Assembly (NCBI GenBank): GCA_963812265.1
Contig: CAWEUL010000005.1
Location: forward strand, 55,915-119,914
From: an uncultured Actinomycetota bacterium
Lineage (GTDB): Bacteria; Actinomycetota; Actinomycetes; Propionibacteriales; Nocardioidaceae
Length of the DNA: 64,000 nt
Direction of reading: 5' to 3'
How positions within the stretch are numbered: position 1 is the first letter of the stretch; the number at the start of each line of letters is the position of its first letter. The notes under the pieces are model-generated. The model was not told the DNA's origin and ran no database searches. It worked only from the letters and a program-made list of their open reading frames with translations. The position numbers were made by a program, and so were the translations under genes. This document shows, piece after piece, positions 1 to 10,138 of the stretch.

Positions 1-345
1 GGTTCTTCGCGTTGGCGTCGGGGAGGGGGTGAAGGTATTTCTGGGGGTGGTGATCTGGGCGTGGCCCATCCGGCCCATGACGGACTTGAGGTCGGTGCCG
101 CCTGCCAGTAGCCAGGGGCGTGGGCGTGGCGCAGGTCGTGGACACGGACGTCGAAGTCGACTCCGGAAGCTTCGATGGCGGTTCGCCAGACGCGGGTGCG
201 GAAGGTGTTCCGTGAGGTCGGCGTGCCGTCGCGGGTGGCGAACAGCAGGTCATTGGGACCCAGGCGCCGAGCGTTGATCGAGTCGGCGAGCGTGTCGACC
301 AGGTCGGGTGGGAGGCCCATCGTGCGGGGTTCGTTGTCCAGGTCG
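1..345 (-). pseudogene. Tyrosine recombinase/integrase C-terminal remnant (frameshifted)
   Basis: Manual minus-strand translation gives ...ATRDGTPTSRNTFRTRVWRTAIEASGVDFDVRVHDLRHAHASWLLAGGTDLKSVMGRMGHAQITT / QKYLH. This carries the HxLRH and LGH..T..Y catalytic boxes, with two single-base frameshifts and an upstream TAG near 347. Absent from the ORF track. Confidence 0.8.
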
Positions 346-926
346 AACTAGGCGACCTCTTGGCAGCCGACCCAGAGATCAGCGGGCCTGGCGGAGACGG
401 TTACGCTTGCTGACAGGGGCTGGGGGGAGTGGGGCCTTCCCGAGCCTGGCGCCGTTTTCAGGCAATCGCGTGAGGCAACCCGGGCGTTGAGAGGTGCGTC
501 CTACCGCCCACTGTGGGCGCCGTGCATGGCCCACTCCCGCGCTCGTACGGCGACCGACCCCATGTCCGGGTCGGGGGCACCTCGCCGCACGCTCGCGCGG
601 GAGTGTCACCTCGGCCGACCTGCCACCACTCGGACAGGCGATCAACCAGCCTCGGTCGACGTCACCGCGTGGCGCACCGGCGGGCCGCCCGGGTTGTCTG
701 TCCGACCGGTTGCCTTGTCTTGCACGCGGCCATGTGTGTAGTAGACCGGTGTCGTTCGCCGCGGCAGCTGGGATCACGAGGAAGTTGGCGGGTGCAACGG
801 GGTCCGCGTGGCCGCGCACGGCCCTTCGGGGTATTTGTGCGGATCGGCAACCGGCGGCCGCGCTGCGGCGAAGGAGAGTCATAGGGTCGCCGCGCCGCTG
901 CGACCATCGACGACAGGAGAACCCCC

Positions 927-1583
927 ATGCGCATCCGCACACGACTCGTCGCAACGGCTTCGGCGCTCGCGCTCGCCGCAGCTGGTGCCGCCGCTTCCGC
1001 TCCCGCCGCCATGGCGTCAGGTTCCACCGGGACCACACCCCTGTCGGACGTGCTCCTGGCAGACGGCGACATGTTCGACAACAACAAATGGGACTACGAC
1101 ATCGTGACCCAGGCTGCACTCACGGTGATCGACGCCACCGGTGGCGACACCGATGTGGCACTGCTTACTCAAGGTGACGTTGCGCTCACCGCATTCATCC
1201 CCCGTGACGTGGCCTTCTACCGTCTCGTGAAGGATCTGACAGGTAGTTGGCCGTCAAGCGAGGAAGAGGCCTTCGCAGTGGTGGCCGGTCTCGGCGTGGA
1301 GACCGTAGAGAAGGTCCTGCTCTACCACGTGGTTCCGGGTGGCCCGATCGACTCGGCAGCAGCGCTTGGCGCCGATGGGGCCCGCCTCGCGACCGCAGAT
1401 GGCGGCAACACCTTCAAGGTGAACGTGATCACCAGGCCCAAGGGCAGTTTCGGCATCAAACTGGTGGACAAGGACCCCGACCTGCGCAATCCGTGGGTGG
1501 TCAAGACCCAGTTGGACATCAACGCAGGCAACAAGCAGCTCGCGCACGGGATCAGCAGGGTTCTGATCCCGGTTGACCTGTAG
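927..1583 (+). CDS. Secreted fasciclin (FAS1) domain protein
   Basis: Signal peptide, then LTAFIPRDVAF and VLLYHVVPG FAS1-like motifs; AGGAG RBS. Confidence 0.85.
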   Translation: MRIRTRLVATASALALAAAGAAASAPAAMASGSTGTTPLSDVLLADGDMFDNNKWDYDIVTQAALTVIDATGGDTDVALLTQGDVALTAFIPRDVAFYRLVKDLTGSWPSSEEEAFAVVAGLGVETVEKVLLYHVVPGGPIDSAAALGADGARLATADGGNTFKVNVITRPKGSFGIKLVDKDPDLRNPWVVKTQLDINAGNKQLAHGISRVLIPVDL

Positions 1584-1616
1584 AGCGGGCGCCTGGAAGG
1601 CGCTAGAACACACCGC

Positions 1617-1653
1617 GAAGGTGGGCCGACACGACACGTGTCGGCCCATCTTG
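1617..1653 (+). terminator. Stem-loop downstream of fasciclin gene
   Basis: Perfect 12-bp stem tgggccgacacg/cgtgtcggccca (1622-1648), extendable with one G-T pair. Confidence 0.6.
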
Positions 1654-1715
1654 GTATGCCATGCCCCTTCGGCCTCGGCCGTGGCAGCACCCGAGGCGGG
1701 GCGATTCACTCGCTC

Positions 1716-2252
1716 TCACAAGGCCGTCCGCCGGTCGGTCGAAGAAGGCAACGTCATCACTTGCCTCTGACCTACGACAGTGCGTCCTTGCGCAGCCTGC
1801 CGGCGTGCTCTGGCGACCGGACCTGCCGATGATCGGGCGGGTGATTTCAGGAGCGGAAGCCCTGCATCGCGCGTACCAGAGCCGGTGCGCACGAGAATGT
1901 GAGGGGAAGGACCCATCTCCTCGAGGCTGAACCACCCCAGGTCGTCGTGTTCCTCAGGAGCGACATTGGCCGGCGTTCCCTGCCAGTCATGCACCAGCCA
2001 AGCGCTCAGGACGGCCGGCTCGTCTACAGGTCCCGCGGTCAGCCGGCACAGATGAGACGCCGAGGCCGTCACGATCTGTACTCCGAGCTCTTCCTGCAAT
2101 TCCCGCGCGAGTGCGCCCAACTCCGACTCGCCAGTCTCGATGTGACCACCGGGCGAGTCCCACACGTCCGGGTTGACACGCTTGTTCGGCCTCCGATGTG
2201 CGAGGAGGACTCGACCTTCACGGACCAGCGCGCCCACCACGACCTCGTGCAT
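1716..2252 (-). CDS. NUDIX hydrolase (MutT-like), C-terminus probably extended by a +1 frameshift
   Basis: Nudix box GGHIETGESELGALARELQEELG. Removing one base near 1888 restores ...RTALVRAMQGFRS-stop at 1847. Confidence 0.8.
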   Translation of the reverse strand: MHEVVVGALVREGRVLLAHRRPNKRVNPDVWDSPGGHIETGESELGALARELQEELGVQIVTASASHLCRLTAGPVDEPAVLSAWLVHDWQGTPANVAPEEHDDLGWFSLEEMGPSPHILVRTGSGTRDAGLPLLKSPARSSAGPVARARRQAAQGRTVVGQRQVMTLPSSTDRRTAL

Positions 2253-2445
2253 CCGCCCAGACAAGCACAGCCATCCGACAATCGACGCCCTGATCTAGCA
2301 GCCGCGATCCGTTCGCTAAGGACGTGCGTCATAGCGCCGCCATTGGGCGCCCTTTCACCTGCTCGAACGGCCCATGCTGAATTGGGGGTAGGGCCGCGGC
2401 GGGCGAACCCATCCGCGGGCCGATGGAGTCGTCGCCACTACCCCT

Positions 2446-3237
2446 CTAGGTCATACCCACAGCGAGTAGATGCGCGGTGGCCGCGCACGCCGCCGCATCC
2501 TGCTCGATCGCCCCGAGAACGTCGAGGACCACCTGGCGTTGGTCAGGGTTGGCGAGCCGTCGCTCGATGTCAGGAACCCATTCGAAGACACCTTCAATGG
2601 GCAGCACCGGCCCGGGCCTCAGCCCGGCCTCTGCTACCTCATCAGCAAGGTCACTTGGATGGTGAAAGTAGGCGGTCGTAAACCGCTCCGGCACTCGGCC
2701 AGGGTTGCGGTGCACGCCGGAGCGCAGATCCTCCATCATCATCGGCAGGAAGCCAGATGCATCGACGAAACCGCGGAACAACCCGTCGAAAGCACTGGCG
2801 TACCGGGAGATGCCAGCGGCCAGAACCACCCCACCAGGTCGGCAGACCCGATGGGCCTCCCTCAAGACTCGGACGCGGTCCGCACGCTCGATGAGGTGAT
2901 ACAGCGGGCCAAGCAACAGCACAGAATCCCAGGAGTCGTCAGCCTCATCCAACGCACGGGCATCACCAACGGCCACCGTGAACCCTCCTCGGGCGCGCGC
3001 CTGGTTCACGTGCAGCGGAACCGGGTCGACCAGGTGTACGTGATGGCCCAGATCGATCAGCCAGGACGCGTACACGCCCGCACCGCCGCCGACGTCGAGC
3101 ACATCTGCCGGCGGGCTTGGAAGGAAGCGTTTCAACAGCACCTGTGTCCTGACCAACTCCAACGAGGGCAGCTCGGTCAGGCGTCCCTGCTCCGCGCCAC
3201 GGTCGTAGTACGCCTGAACCTCCGGATCAAGTTCCAC
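2446..3237 (-). CDS. Class I SAM-dependent methyltransferase
   Basis: VLDVGGGAG motif I, GDARAL and LLLGPLYHL motifs; GTG start inferred. Confidence 0.85.
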   Translation of the reverse strand: MELDPEVQAYYDRGAEQGRLTELPSLELVRTQVLLKRFLPSPPADVLDVGGGAGVYASWLIDLGHHVHLVDPVPLHVNQARARGGFTVAVGDARALDEADDSWDSVLLLGPLYHLIERADRVRVLREAHRVCRPGGVVLAAGISRYASAFDGLFRGFVDASGFLPMMMEDLRSGVHRNPGRVPERFTTAYFHHPSDLADEVAEAGLRPGPVLPIEGVFEWVPDIERRLANPDQRQVVLDVLGAIEQDAAACAATAHLLAVGMT

Positions 3238-3399
3238 GCCACGAACGCTAGCCCTCGTTGACGTGGGTGACCGGCCTGGATCGGGCCGGAGAAGCGGTCC
3301 CAGTTTCGAGCGTCGCCGACACCCAGGCAGCAAGAGCAGAAGTAGGCCGAAATGCGGAGCCGGAGGTGTGGTCGCCCAACGTACGTCTTACCGCCGCCT

Positions 3400-3985
3400 G
3401 TCGGCGTCCTTCTTGACGGCCCACAATCCCAGTGAGTGGTACGGGACGAGGAGCCGGTGTGAAGGCCCGCGACGAGGTGAACCCGGCCGGTGGACCCGCC
3501 GGCAGCCGGGCCCTGATGGACGACGCCATCGCGCGCCCCTCCGCTGCGACAGGTCTGGTCTTCGAGAGCGAGGGTTCCACCGAGAGGCGGCCGTTCACCT
3601 ACGACTACGTGCCGGTCGGCACAGACAAGCCGGTCGTGATCGGCTGGGGCCACGCGGCGAGTTCCCCGAGTTCCCCGAGTTCCCCGAGCTCGCCGGCGAC
3701 GTCGCCGGCATCGGCGGCGGTGCTGCCGAGCAGGGAGTGCTGGGTCGCCGCTACTACGTCACCGGCGCGATCGCGCTCGACACCGAAGCTTTCACCGCCG
3801 CCACGATCGAGCAGCGACCCCGCACGATGGAGGCGATCGTGCTGCACGAGATCGCCCACGTCATCGGGCTCGAGCACGGTCCGGAGCCGAGCGAGCTGAT
3901 GGCCGCGAGGAACAACGGCCAGGTCGAGCTGGGGCCCGGGGACAGGCAGGGGCGCGCGACGCTCGGCTCGTTGCCCTTCAGCTGA
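3400..3985 (+). pseudogene. Matrixin-like (M10) zinc metalloprotease, frameshifted and 5'-degraded
   Basis: One frame reads VNPAGGPAG...PVVIGWG; another continues ELAGDVAGIGG...HEIAHVIGLEH...ELM (HExxHxxGxxH plus Met-turn). Confidence 0.7.
3658..3688. repeat. 9-bp tandem repeat (cgagttccc x3.4)
   Basis: Read directly; encodes EFP EFP EFP in the protease frame. Confidence 0.9.
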
Positions 3986-4075
3986 CCCGACCCGGGACCA
4001 TCGATGCAGGGGGTTCCCCTACCCCATCAAGGGTGGCAATGTGACTCCCATCACACTCGCCCGGAGGGTTTTGCC

Positions 4076-7000
4076 ATGCGCCGTCTCCTGTCAGCCGTCG
4101 CCGTCGCCGTCGTTGTCGCCGCCCTGGGGGTCGGTCTCGCGCCGCCCTCCTCGACCTCGCCACCGGCCGCGGCGCCGCGCACCGCTGACCCGCTCGACGC
4201 CTACGTCGCACGCGGCGTGACCAGCGAGCAGCTCGAAGCACTGGCGCGCGCCGGCTACGACCTCGCCGAGGCCCACCCGACGGGCGACACGACCCGGGTC
4301 GACCTGGTGCTCGCCACCGACCAGGCGGAGACGCTGCGCGCCCAGGGCCTGAAGCTCCGCCTCGCACGGGTCAGGGGCGGCAAGACGGTGCGCCAGTTCG
4401 CCGCCGAGCAGGCCGCCAGTGGCTACACCGTGTGGAGGTCCTACGACGAGCCCGGAGGCATCCGCGACCAGTTGGTCGCAGCGTCGCGGACCTACCCCGG
4501 CGTGACCAAGCTGGTGAAGCTCGGGACGACCTACCAGGGTCGCGACATCCTCGCGCTGAAGGTCACCCAGGGTGCCCGCGGCCAGAAGGACGGGTCGCGC
4601 CCGGCGGTGATCTTCAGCGCCACCCAGCACGCGCGCGAGTGGATCGCCACCGAGATCACCCGGCGGCTGATGAACACCTATCTCGAGCGGTGGAAGGCAA
4701 ACGACAAGGAGACCAAGAAGCTGCTGAAGGAGACAGAGCTCTGGTTCGTGCCGGTGATGAACCCCGACGGCTATGAATACACGTTCACCGACGAGCGGCT
4801 GTGGCGCAAGAACCTGCGCGACAACAACGGCGACGGGATCACCCAGGTCGGCGACGGTGTCGACCCCAACCGCAACTACCCCTCGCACTGGGGCTACGAC
4901 AACGAGGGCTCCTCCGACATCGCCTCGAGCGAGACCTACCGCGGGCCGTCGCCGGCGTCCGAGCCGGAGACTCAGGCCGGCATCAAGCTCTTCAACACGG
5001 CCAAGGCCGAGTTCATGGTCAACTACCACTCCAACGGCCGGTGGCTGCTCTACAACGACGGTTGGCAGATCGGCACCCCGACGGCCGACGACCCGATCTA
5101 CTACGCCCTGTCCGGCAACCTCGACCAGCCCGCCATCAAGGACTTCCACCCGGGCCTGTCCTCGGACGTCCTCTACGTCACCAACGGTGAGATCGACGGC
5201 TACGCCCAGGGGGCCACCGGCACCCTGGCCTGGACTCCCGAGCTCTCCCCGGGTTGCCCCGGCTGCGGTTTCGTGTTCCCCGACGACGAGGCGCTGGTCC
5301 AGGAGGAGTTCGAGCGCAACCTCCCCTTCGCGGAGTCGGTGGCCGCCTCCGCGGTCGACCCGGACGACCCGAAGTCGTCGCTCGGCATCAAGACCAAGCC
5401 CTTCTACCTCGACAGCGAGGACGCCTACAAGAGCGGGTTGCCGAGCGTGCGCCTGAGCTTCACAACGTCGTACGGCGACCCCCAGCCCGTCGCCGTGCTG
5501 GCCAAGCGCAGCCTCGGTTCCGTGACCGCGAAGTGGACGGTCAACGGAGGCCCGACCCGGTCCGCGCCCACCAGCGAGTGGACCGGCGGCGAGAAGTACG
5601 GCATGACCTCGACCCACTACCACCAGATGCGCGGCGTGGTGACCGGCACCAGCCCCGGCGACAACGTGGAGGTGTGGTTCGAAGGTGGCGGCAAGCGCAG
5701 CCCGTCCTTCACCTATCGGGCCGTCTCCGAGTCGGGCAACCGGGTCCTGGTCGTGTCGGCCGAGGACTACACCGGAGCCTCTCCTGCCCAGCCCCCGGGC
5801 GGTCCGCACTACCTCGACTACTACCTCGACGCGCTGGACGCCAACGGCGAGGACGTCGACGTCTACGACGTCGACGCCAACAATCGCACCGCGCCCGACG
5901 CCCTTGGCGTGCTGAGCCACTACGACGCTGCGATCTGGTACACCGGGGACGACATCGTGACCCGTACGGCGGGCCGCGGTGCCGGCAACGTGGACCGGCT
6001 CGCGCTGGACGAGATGCTGGAGTTCCGCGCCTTCATGAACGAGGGCGGAAAGGTGATGTACACCGGCAACCAGGCCGGCGCGCAGTACACCGCCAACGTC
6101 GGCACGCAGCGCTACGACCCCCAGGGCACGATCGCCTGCAACCCGCTGCCCGCGGGCATCGACACGCGCCGCTGCCTCGCGCTGCGGGGGTCCGGCGACG
6201 GCACCAACGACGTCCTGCAGTACTGGTTCGGCGGCTACCTCGCCATCGCGGGCGACGGGCTCGACGACGACGGCAACGCCTACGGTGTGGCCGGAATCGA
6301 TGACCCGTTCGAGGGCCTCGCATGGGCGATGAACGGTCCCGAGTCGGGCGACAACCAGAACGCCACCTCGTCCTTCATCTCGACCAGCGGCATCCTGCCG
6401 TCTGCGCAGTTCCCGCAGTTCGAGAGCTGGCCCTCGGCCCGCTGGGACAAGCCTGGCGGTCCGTTCGACCCGCACACGGGTGAGCAGTACGTCTACAGCC
6501 AGATCGCCGATGTGTCCTACAAGCGGCTGACCCGGACGGTTCCCGTCCCGGCCGGAGGCGGCACGCTCGACTTCTGGACGTCCTACGACACCGAAGGCGA
6601 CTGGGACTACGTCTTCGTCGAGGCACGCACCCCCGGCGGCGACGACTGGACGACGCTGCCCGACCTCAACGGACACACCACGCAGCAGACCGGCGCGAGC
6701 TGCGCGGCGGGCTGGCGCGACCTGCACCCGCAGCTGGACCACTACCAGACCTACGACGAAGCCGCCGGGAGCTGTACGCCGACGGGTTCGACGGGCGCAT
6801 GGAACGCCGCGTCCGGCAACTCGGCCGGCTGGCAGGAGTGGAGCCTCGACCTGGGCGGCTGGCAGGGCAGGTCGGTCGAGGTGTCCCTCACCTACGCCAG
6901 CGACTGGGGCACCCAGGGACTCGGCACCTTCGTCGACGACGTCACGCTTCCCGACGGCAGCACCACGTCGTTCGAGAGTGGACTGGAGGGCTGGGCCGTG

Positions 7001-7189
7001 CCCGGCGCCCCGACCGGCAGCGCCGCCAACGGCAACGACTGGGTCGTCGCCGATGCCGGCGGCTTCCCCGTCGGCGCCGGCATCACGACCCCGGACTCGC
7101 TGCTCCTCGGCTTCGGGTTCGAGGGCATCGCGACGCCCGCCGAGCGGAACGCGGTCATGGGTAGGGCGCTGGAGCACCTGCTGGAGTGA
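4076..7189 (+). CDS. Secreted M14 zinc carboxypeptidase (carboxypeptidase T-like) with C-terminal immune-inhibitor-A-like beta domain
   Basis: Signal peptide; QHARE, RKN, NRN, NYHS zinc/substrate motifs and catalytic Glu in WTPEL; C-terminal YDTEGDWDY...SNSAGW-type segment. Confidence 0.9.
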   Translation: MRRLLSAVAVAVVVAALGVGLAPPSSTSPPAAAPRTADPLDAYVARGVTSEQLEALARAGYDLAEAHPTGDTTRVDLVLATDQAETLRAQGLKLRLARVRGGKTVRQFAAEQAASGYTVWRSYDEPGGIRDQLVAASRTYPGVTKLVKLGTTYQGRDILALKVTQGARGQKDGSRPAVIFSATQHAREWIATEITRRLMNTYLERWKANDKETKKLLKETELWFVPVMNPDGYEYTFTDERLWRKNLRDNNGDGITQVGDGVDPNRNYPSHWGYDNEGSSDIASSETYRGPSPASEPETQAGIKLFNTAKAEFMVNYHSNGRWLLYNDGWQIGTPTADDPIYYALSGNLDQPAIKDFHPGLSSDVLYVTNGEIDGYAQGATGTLAWTPELSPGCPGCGFVFPDDEALVQEEFERNLPFAESVAASAVDPDDPKSSLGIKTKPFYLDSEDAYKSGLPSVRLSFTTSYGDPQPVAVLAKRSLGSVTAKWTVNGGPTRSAPTSEWTGGEKYGMTSTHYHQMRGVVTGTSPGDNVEVWFEGGGKRSPSFTYRAVSESGNRVLVVSAEDYTGASPAQPPGGPHYLDYYLDALDANGEDVDVYDVDANNRTAPDALGVLSHYDAAIWYTGDDIVTRTAGRGAGNVDRLALDEMLEFRAFMNEGGKVMYTGNQAGAQYTANVGTQRYDPQGTIACNPLPAGIDTRRCLALRGSGDGTNDVLQYWFGGYLAIAGDGLDDDGNAYGVAGIDDPFEGLAWAMNGPESGDNQNATSSFISTSGILPSAQFPQFESWPSARWDKPGGPFDPHTGEQYVYSQIADVSYKRLTRTVPVPAGGGTLDFWTSYDTEGDWDYVFVEARTPGGDDWTTLPDLNGHTTQQTGASCAAGWRDLHPQLDHYQTYDEAAGSCTPTGSTGAWNAASGNSAGWQEWSLDLGGWQGRSVEVSLTYASDWGTQGLGTFVDDVTLPDGSTTSFESGLEGWAVPGAPTGSAANGNDWVVADAGGFPVGAGITTPDSLLLGFGFEGIATPAERNAVMGRALEHLLE

Positions 7190-7229
7190 GAGGCTGGCCG
7201 AGCGGAGTCGAGCCCCGGCGCCTAGGGTC

Positions 7230-7760
7230 GCGATCGGTGCGCGTGGACCTGGTCGGGAGCATCCTGCCCCTCTGGCGCCGACTCGAGTTGGCCAGCGACC
7301 TGACGCTGGCATAGCTGCTTGAGGTGCTCCAGACCGCGATGGGCTGGAACGACTCGCACCTCCAACAGTTCTTCGTAGGGCCGGAGCACGACCACACCGT
7401 GCAGCCGTTCCTGACGGACTTTGCGAGAAGGAGGGCGACGAGGAAATCAACGAGCGGGAGGTCCGCCTCGACCAGGTGTTGGTGGAGGTCGGGGACCGGC
7501 TCTCCCACGACTCGGACGTCGGCGACGGCTGGGACACACGCTGAGGCTTGAACAGACCCAGGAGTTCGATGCCACGGCGCGGCGAGCGCGCGTTCTGGAC
7601 GGCCGCCGGGCCTATCTGCCCGAGGACTGCGGCGGGCTCCTGGGGTACGACGAGCTACTCGACGCTTTCGCGGCGGGCCGCGGCGCCGAGAGCACCGGCG
7701 CGAGCTGCTGGAGGGCCTCGTCACCGGCGGGGTCGCTACCGGTGAGGTCCGGGGGCGCCG
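7230..7760 (+). pseudogene. Plasmid pRiA4b ORF-3 family protein, disrupted
   Basis: Fragments LQTAMGWNDSHL, EVRLDQVL, DVGDGW and DGRRAYLPEDCGG lie in different frames, with an in-frame TAG near 7312. Confidence 0.75.
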
Positions 7761-7982
7761 GGACCGGGTTCGAAGGCGTCGTCACCCTCGTCTCGGTAGC
7801 GGGCCATGAGCCTGCTGAGGGTGGCCTCCGATGGGCCGCAGGTGCGGGCGGCTTCGGCCTGGGTGAGGCCCTGCTTGGTGATGGCGGTGATGACCAGCCT
7901 GGCTTTCGACACGGGTGAGCATCACGGAGCAGGCCTTGAAGATGTCGTGAGACATGCCTTGCCGATGTCCTGAACCAGCACA
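7740..7982 (-). mobile_element. IS481-family remnant: left end plus N-terminal HTH of transposase
   Basis: Minus strand begins TGTGCTGGTTCAGGACATCGG...TGTCTCACGACATC (TGT end, repeated GACAT units). GTG at 7912 gives SKARLVITAITKQGLTQAEAART...LSRLMARYRDEGDDAFEP. No DDE domain follows. Confidence 0.75.
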
Positions 7983-8316
7983 CTGCCCCCGCTGCAAGAG
8001 AAGTAGCAGGTCGGGTTCGTGGGTTGTCATGGGCCCGGCTTCTGCGTTGCGTGTCAGCAGAATGTCCGCGGACACTGCCTCCACAGAGGCCGAGACGGGC
8101 CCCTTACGCGACGATCAGCGAAGCCTGGCGAAGCTCAGCGGAAGGTCGAGCCGTGCGGTCTCTGGGTCGTTGACCCAGAGGTCGTCACCGCAAGGTGCTC
8201 GCGGTCGCCCTATGGTGGCTGGCTCTCACCTCCGGCGGCATGGGTATCACGGAACCCCCACGCTGGGCTGCGTCGGGTGATTCCAGCCGGTTTCACGTCA
8301 CGGCCGCGCACAGGCC

Positions 8317-8679
8317 GTGACTGATGCGGCTACTCCTGTGGCGTGTCTCTCGATCGCCGACGGGAACCTGGTCCAGTCTGGTCGGATGATCCTCGACCAG
8401 ACTCCGAGAAGGCCGGGCTCGTTGACCCTGGCAGGTCCTGGGGTCGCGTTCGTGTTCGGCGTAGGGAGGCGAATGGGCATGGATGAGCGGGACTCAGCCA
8501 CCCGACGACGTGGGGAGCGGCGTCTTCCGATGGCGCTCTCGTTCAACACCGCCACGGCGTTCGGGCCTACGGATGTGTCCGCGATCCGCCACTGGTCGAA
8601 GTTGTGGCTGATGGCGGAGTCGGCCATCTCCCTGGTTCTCGCCGCTCTTGTCGTCGCCCGCGCCGTCAACGTCCTGTAG
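8317..8679 (+). pseudogene. DUF1345-like membrane protein, C-terminal fragment
   Basis: C-terminus ALSFNTATAFGPTDVSAIRHWSKLWLMAESAISLVLAALVVARAVNVL matches the family's typical end; the upstream part looks degraded. Confidence 0.5.
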
Positions 8680-8696
8680 CCCAGGGAGCCTCCAGT

Positions 8697-9368
8697 ATGG
8701 ATCCCTCACCACCTGCGCTCACCGCGCGCTTCTGGCGGACCCGTCGTTCGGCGGCGGTCGCGGGGATCGTGTTCGGCGTCCTCCTGCTCACCGGTATGAC
8801 GATGATGCGCCTCGCCCTCGGCAACGCCGACCCTCGGACGCTGCAGTTCGACGAGCACCGGCGGGCGCTGATCAGAGTCGGTCTCAATCTCGTGCCGTTC
8901 GCCGGTATCGCCTTTCTGTGGTTCATCGGGGTCGTCCGCGACCAGCTTGGGCCGGTGGAGGACCGACTGTTCTCGACGGTCTTCCTCGGCAGCGGGCTGC
9001 TGTTCCTGGCGATGCTGTTTCAGGGAGCGGTCACCACGACGAGCCTGATGATCATGCTGGCCGGACCCGATGTCGACCCGAACGCGTGGAGCGTTGGCAT
9101 CGGCACCACCCATACGCTGGTCTCGGTGTACGCGATGCGGATGGCGGCTGTCTTCACGCTCTCGGTGAGCACCGTCGGGCTGCGGACCCAGGCCCTCCCC
9201 CGCTGGGTCTCCTACCTCGGGTACGCCGTCGCGCTGGTGCTGCTGGTCGCCGCCGGGGATCACAAGTGGACGCAGCTGGTGTTTCCCTTGTGGGTGCTGC
9301 TGCTCAGTGTGGTCATCCTTCTGACCAGCCCCCCGGTCGTGGACGCCGCCACGTCAGAGACCGAATGA
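8697..9368 (+). CDS. Multi-pass membrane protein of unknown function
   Basis: About 6 hydrophobic helices; normal codon bias. Confidence 0.75.
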   Translation: MDPSPPALTARFWRTRRSAAVAGIVFGVLLLTGMTMMRLALGNADPRTLQFDEHRRALIRVGLNLVPFAGIAFLWFIGVVRDQLGPVEDRLFSTVFLGSGLLFLAMLFQGAVTTTSLMIMLAGPDVDPNAWSVGIGTTHTLVSVYAMRMAAVFTLSVSTVGLRTQALPRWVSYLGYAVALVLLVAAGDHKWTQLVFPLWVLLLSVVILLTSPPVVDAATSETE

Positions 9369-9738
9369 TACGACCCACGCCCGCCCCATCGGCTTGACGA
9401 GAGGGCAGGCGTGGCCGTGGTAGCTATCGGCGTCAGGTGAGTGCCTTGGCCGTGGGGGTGTCGACTCGGCCTGGGTGATGGCGCCGGAGATGACACCTCT
9501 GGACTCGGCGACCAGCATGACGGCAGCCGCCGAGGCCTGGCTCGACAACCTGGAGGACTGGCAGCGAACCGACGGACAGACGCCTTGGCCCTCCCGGGAA
9601 GAACGCGAGCGCTGGTACTACACGCCCACCGATCACGGCGGACTGTCCCTCGGCTCCATCGCTTCATCGAGCCACCCTCACCATCCCAGTGTCATACGTC
9701 AACGCAACAGCGCCGACCTGAGTCCTTCCTATGCTTCG

Positions 9739-10089
9739 TCAAGCAGCTGCGGACCCACTTTCAACTAGGCGGTAGAGGTCGCGTGCGACGTAGCGAGCCA
9801 GGCAGCGTTTGATCTCGCGGCTGGTCTTTCCTTCAGCGGTTCGACCAGCGACGTAGTCGCGGGTGGCGGTTTGGTTCTGGATCCGGATCTGGACCACGGT
9901 GTGCAGTGCCGTGTTGAGGTGCCGGTCGCCGAACCGGTTCAGCCGATACCGCGTGGTGACCTGGCCGCTGTTGGCGGGGATCGGTGCCACACCGGCGAGC
10001 ATCGCGAACGCGGCTTCGGAATGGACGCGGCCTGGATGGGACCACGCGCACAACACCGTTGCGGCGACGATCGGTTCCCCGAGGGTCAT
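9739..10089 (-). mobile_element. IS110-family transposase C-terminal fragment
   Basis: SEAAFAMLAGVAPIPANSG...RLNRFGDRHLNTALH...EGKTSREIKRCLARYVAR; the N-terminal DEDD domain is absent. Confidence 0.9.
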
Positions 10090-10138
10090 GCTGGGGGATG
10101 ATCCGACCGCTCGCTACGTCCAGTGCCGAGGAGCATTC

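Noticed and set aside
690-926. Riboswitch in the fasciclin leader (9-bp inverted pair at 706-714 and 846-854)
   Set aside because: Does not match the c-di-AMP, cobalamin, SAM or TPP consensus as I know them; short GC-rich pairings are expected by chance. An Rfam/Infernal scan would settle it.
4091-7537. 1148-aa minus-strand ORF
   Set aside because: Antisense shadow of the M14 carboxypeptidase; high-GC codon bias suppresses stops; composition is Arg/Gly/Val-rich and motif-free.
9475-9768. 97-aa ORF between the membrane gene and the IS110 remnant
   Set aside because: No RBS or motif; the C-terminus is low-complexity and runs into the IS end; it may be a fragment but is unsupported.
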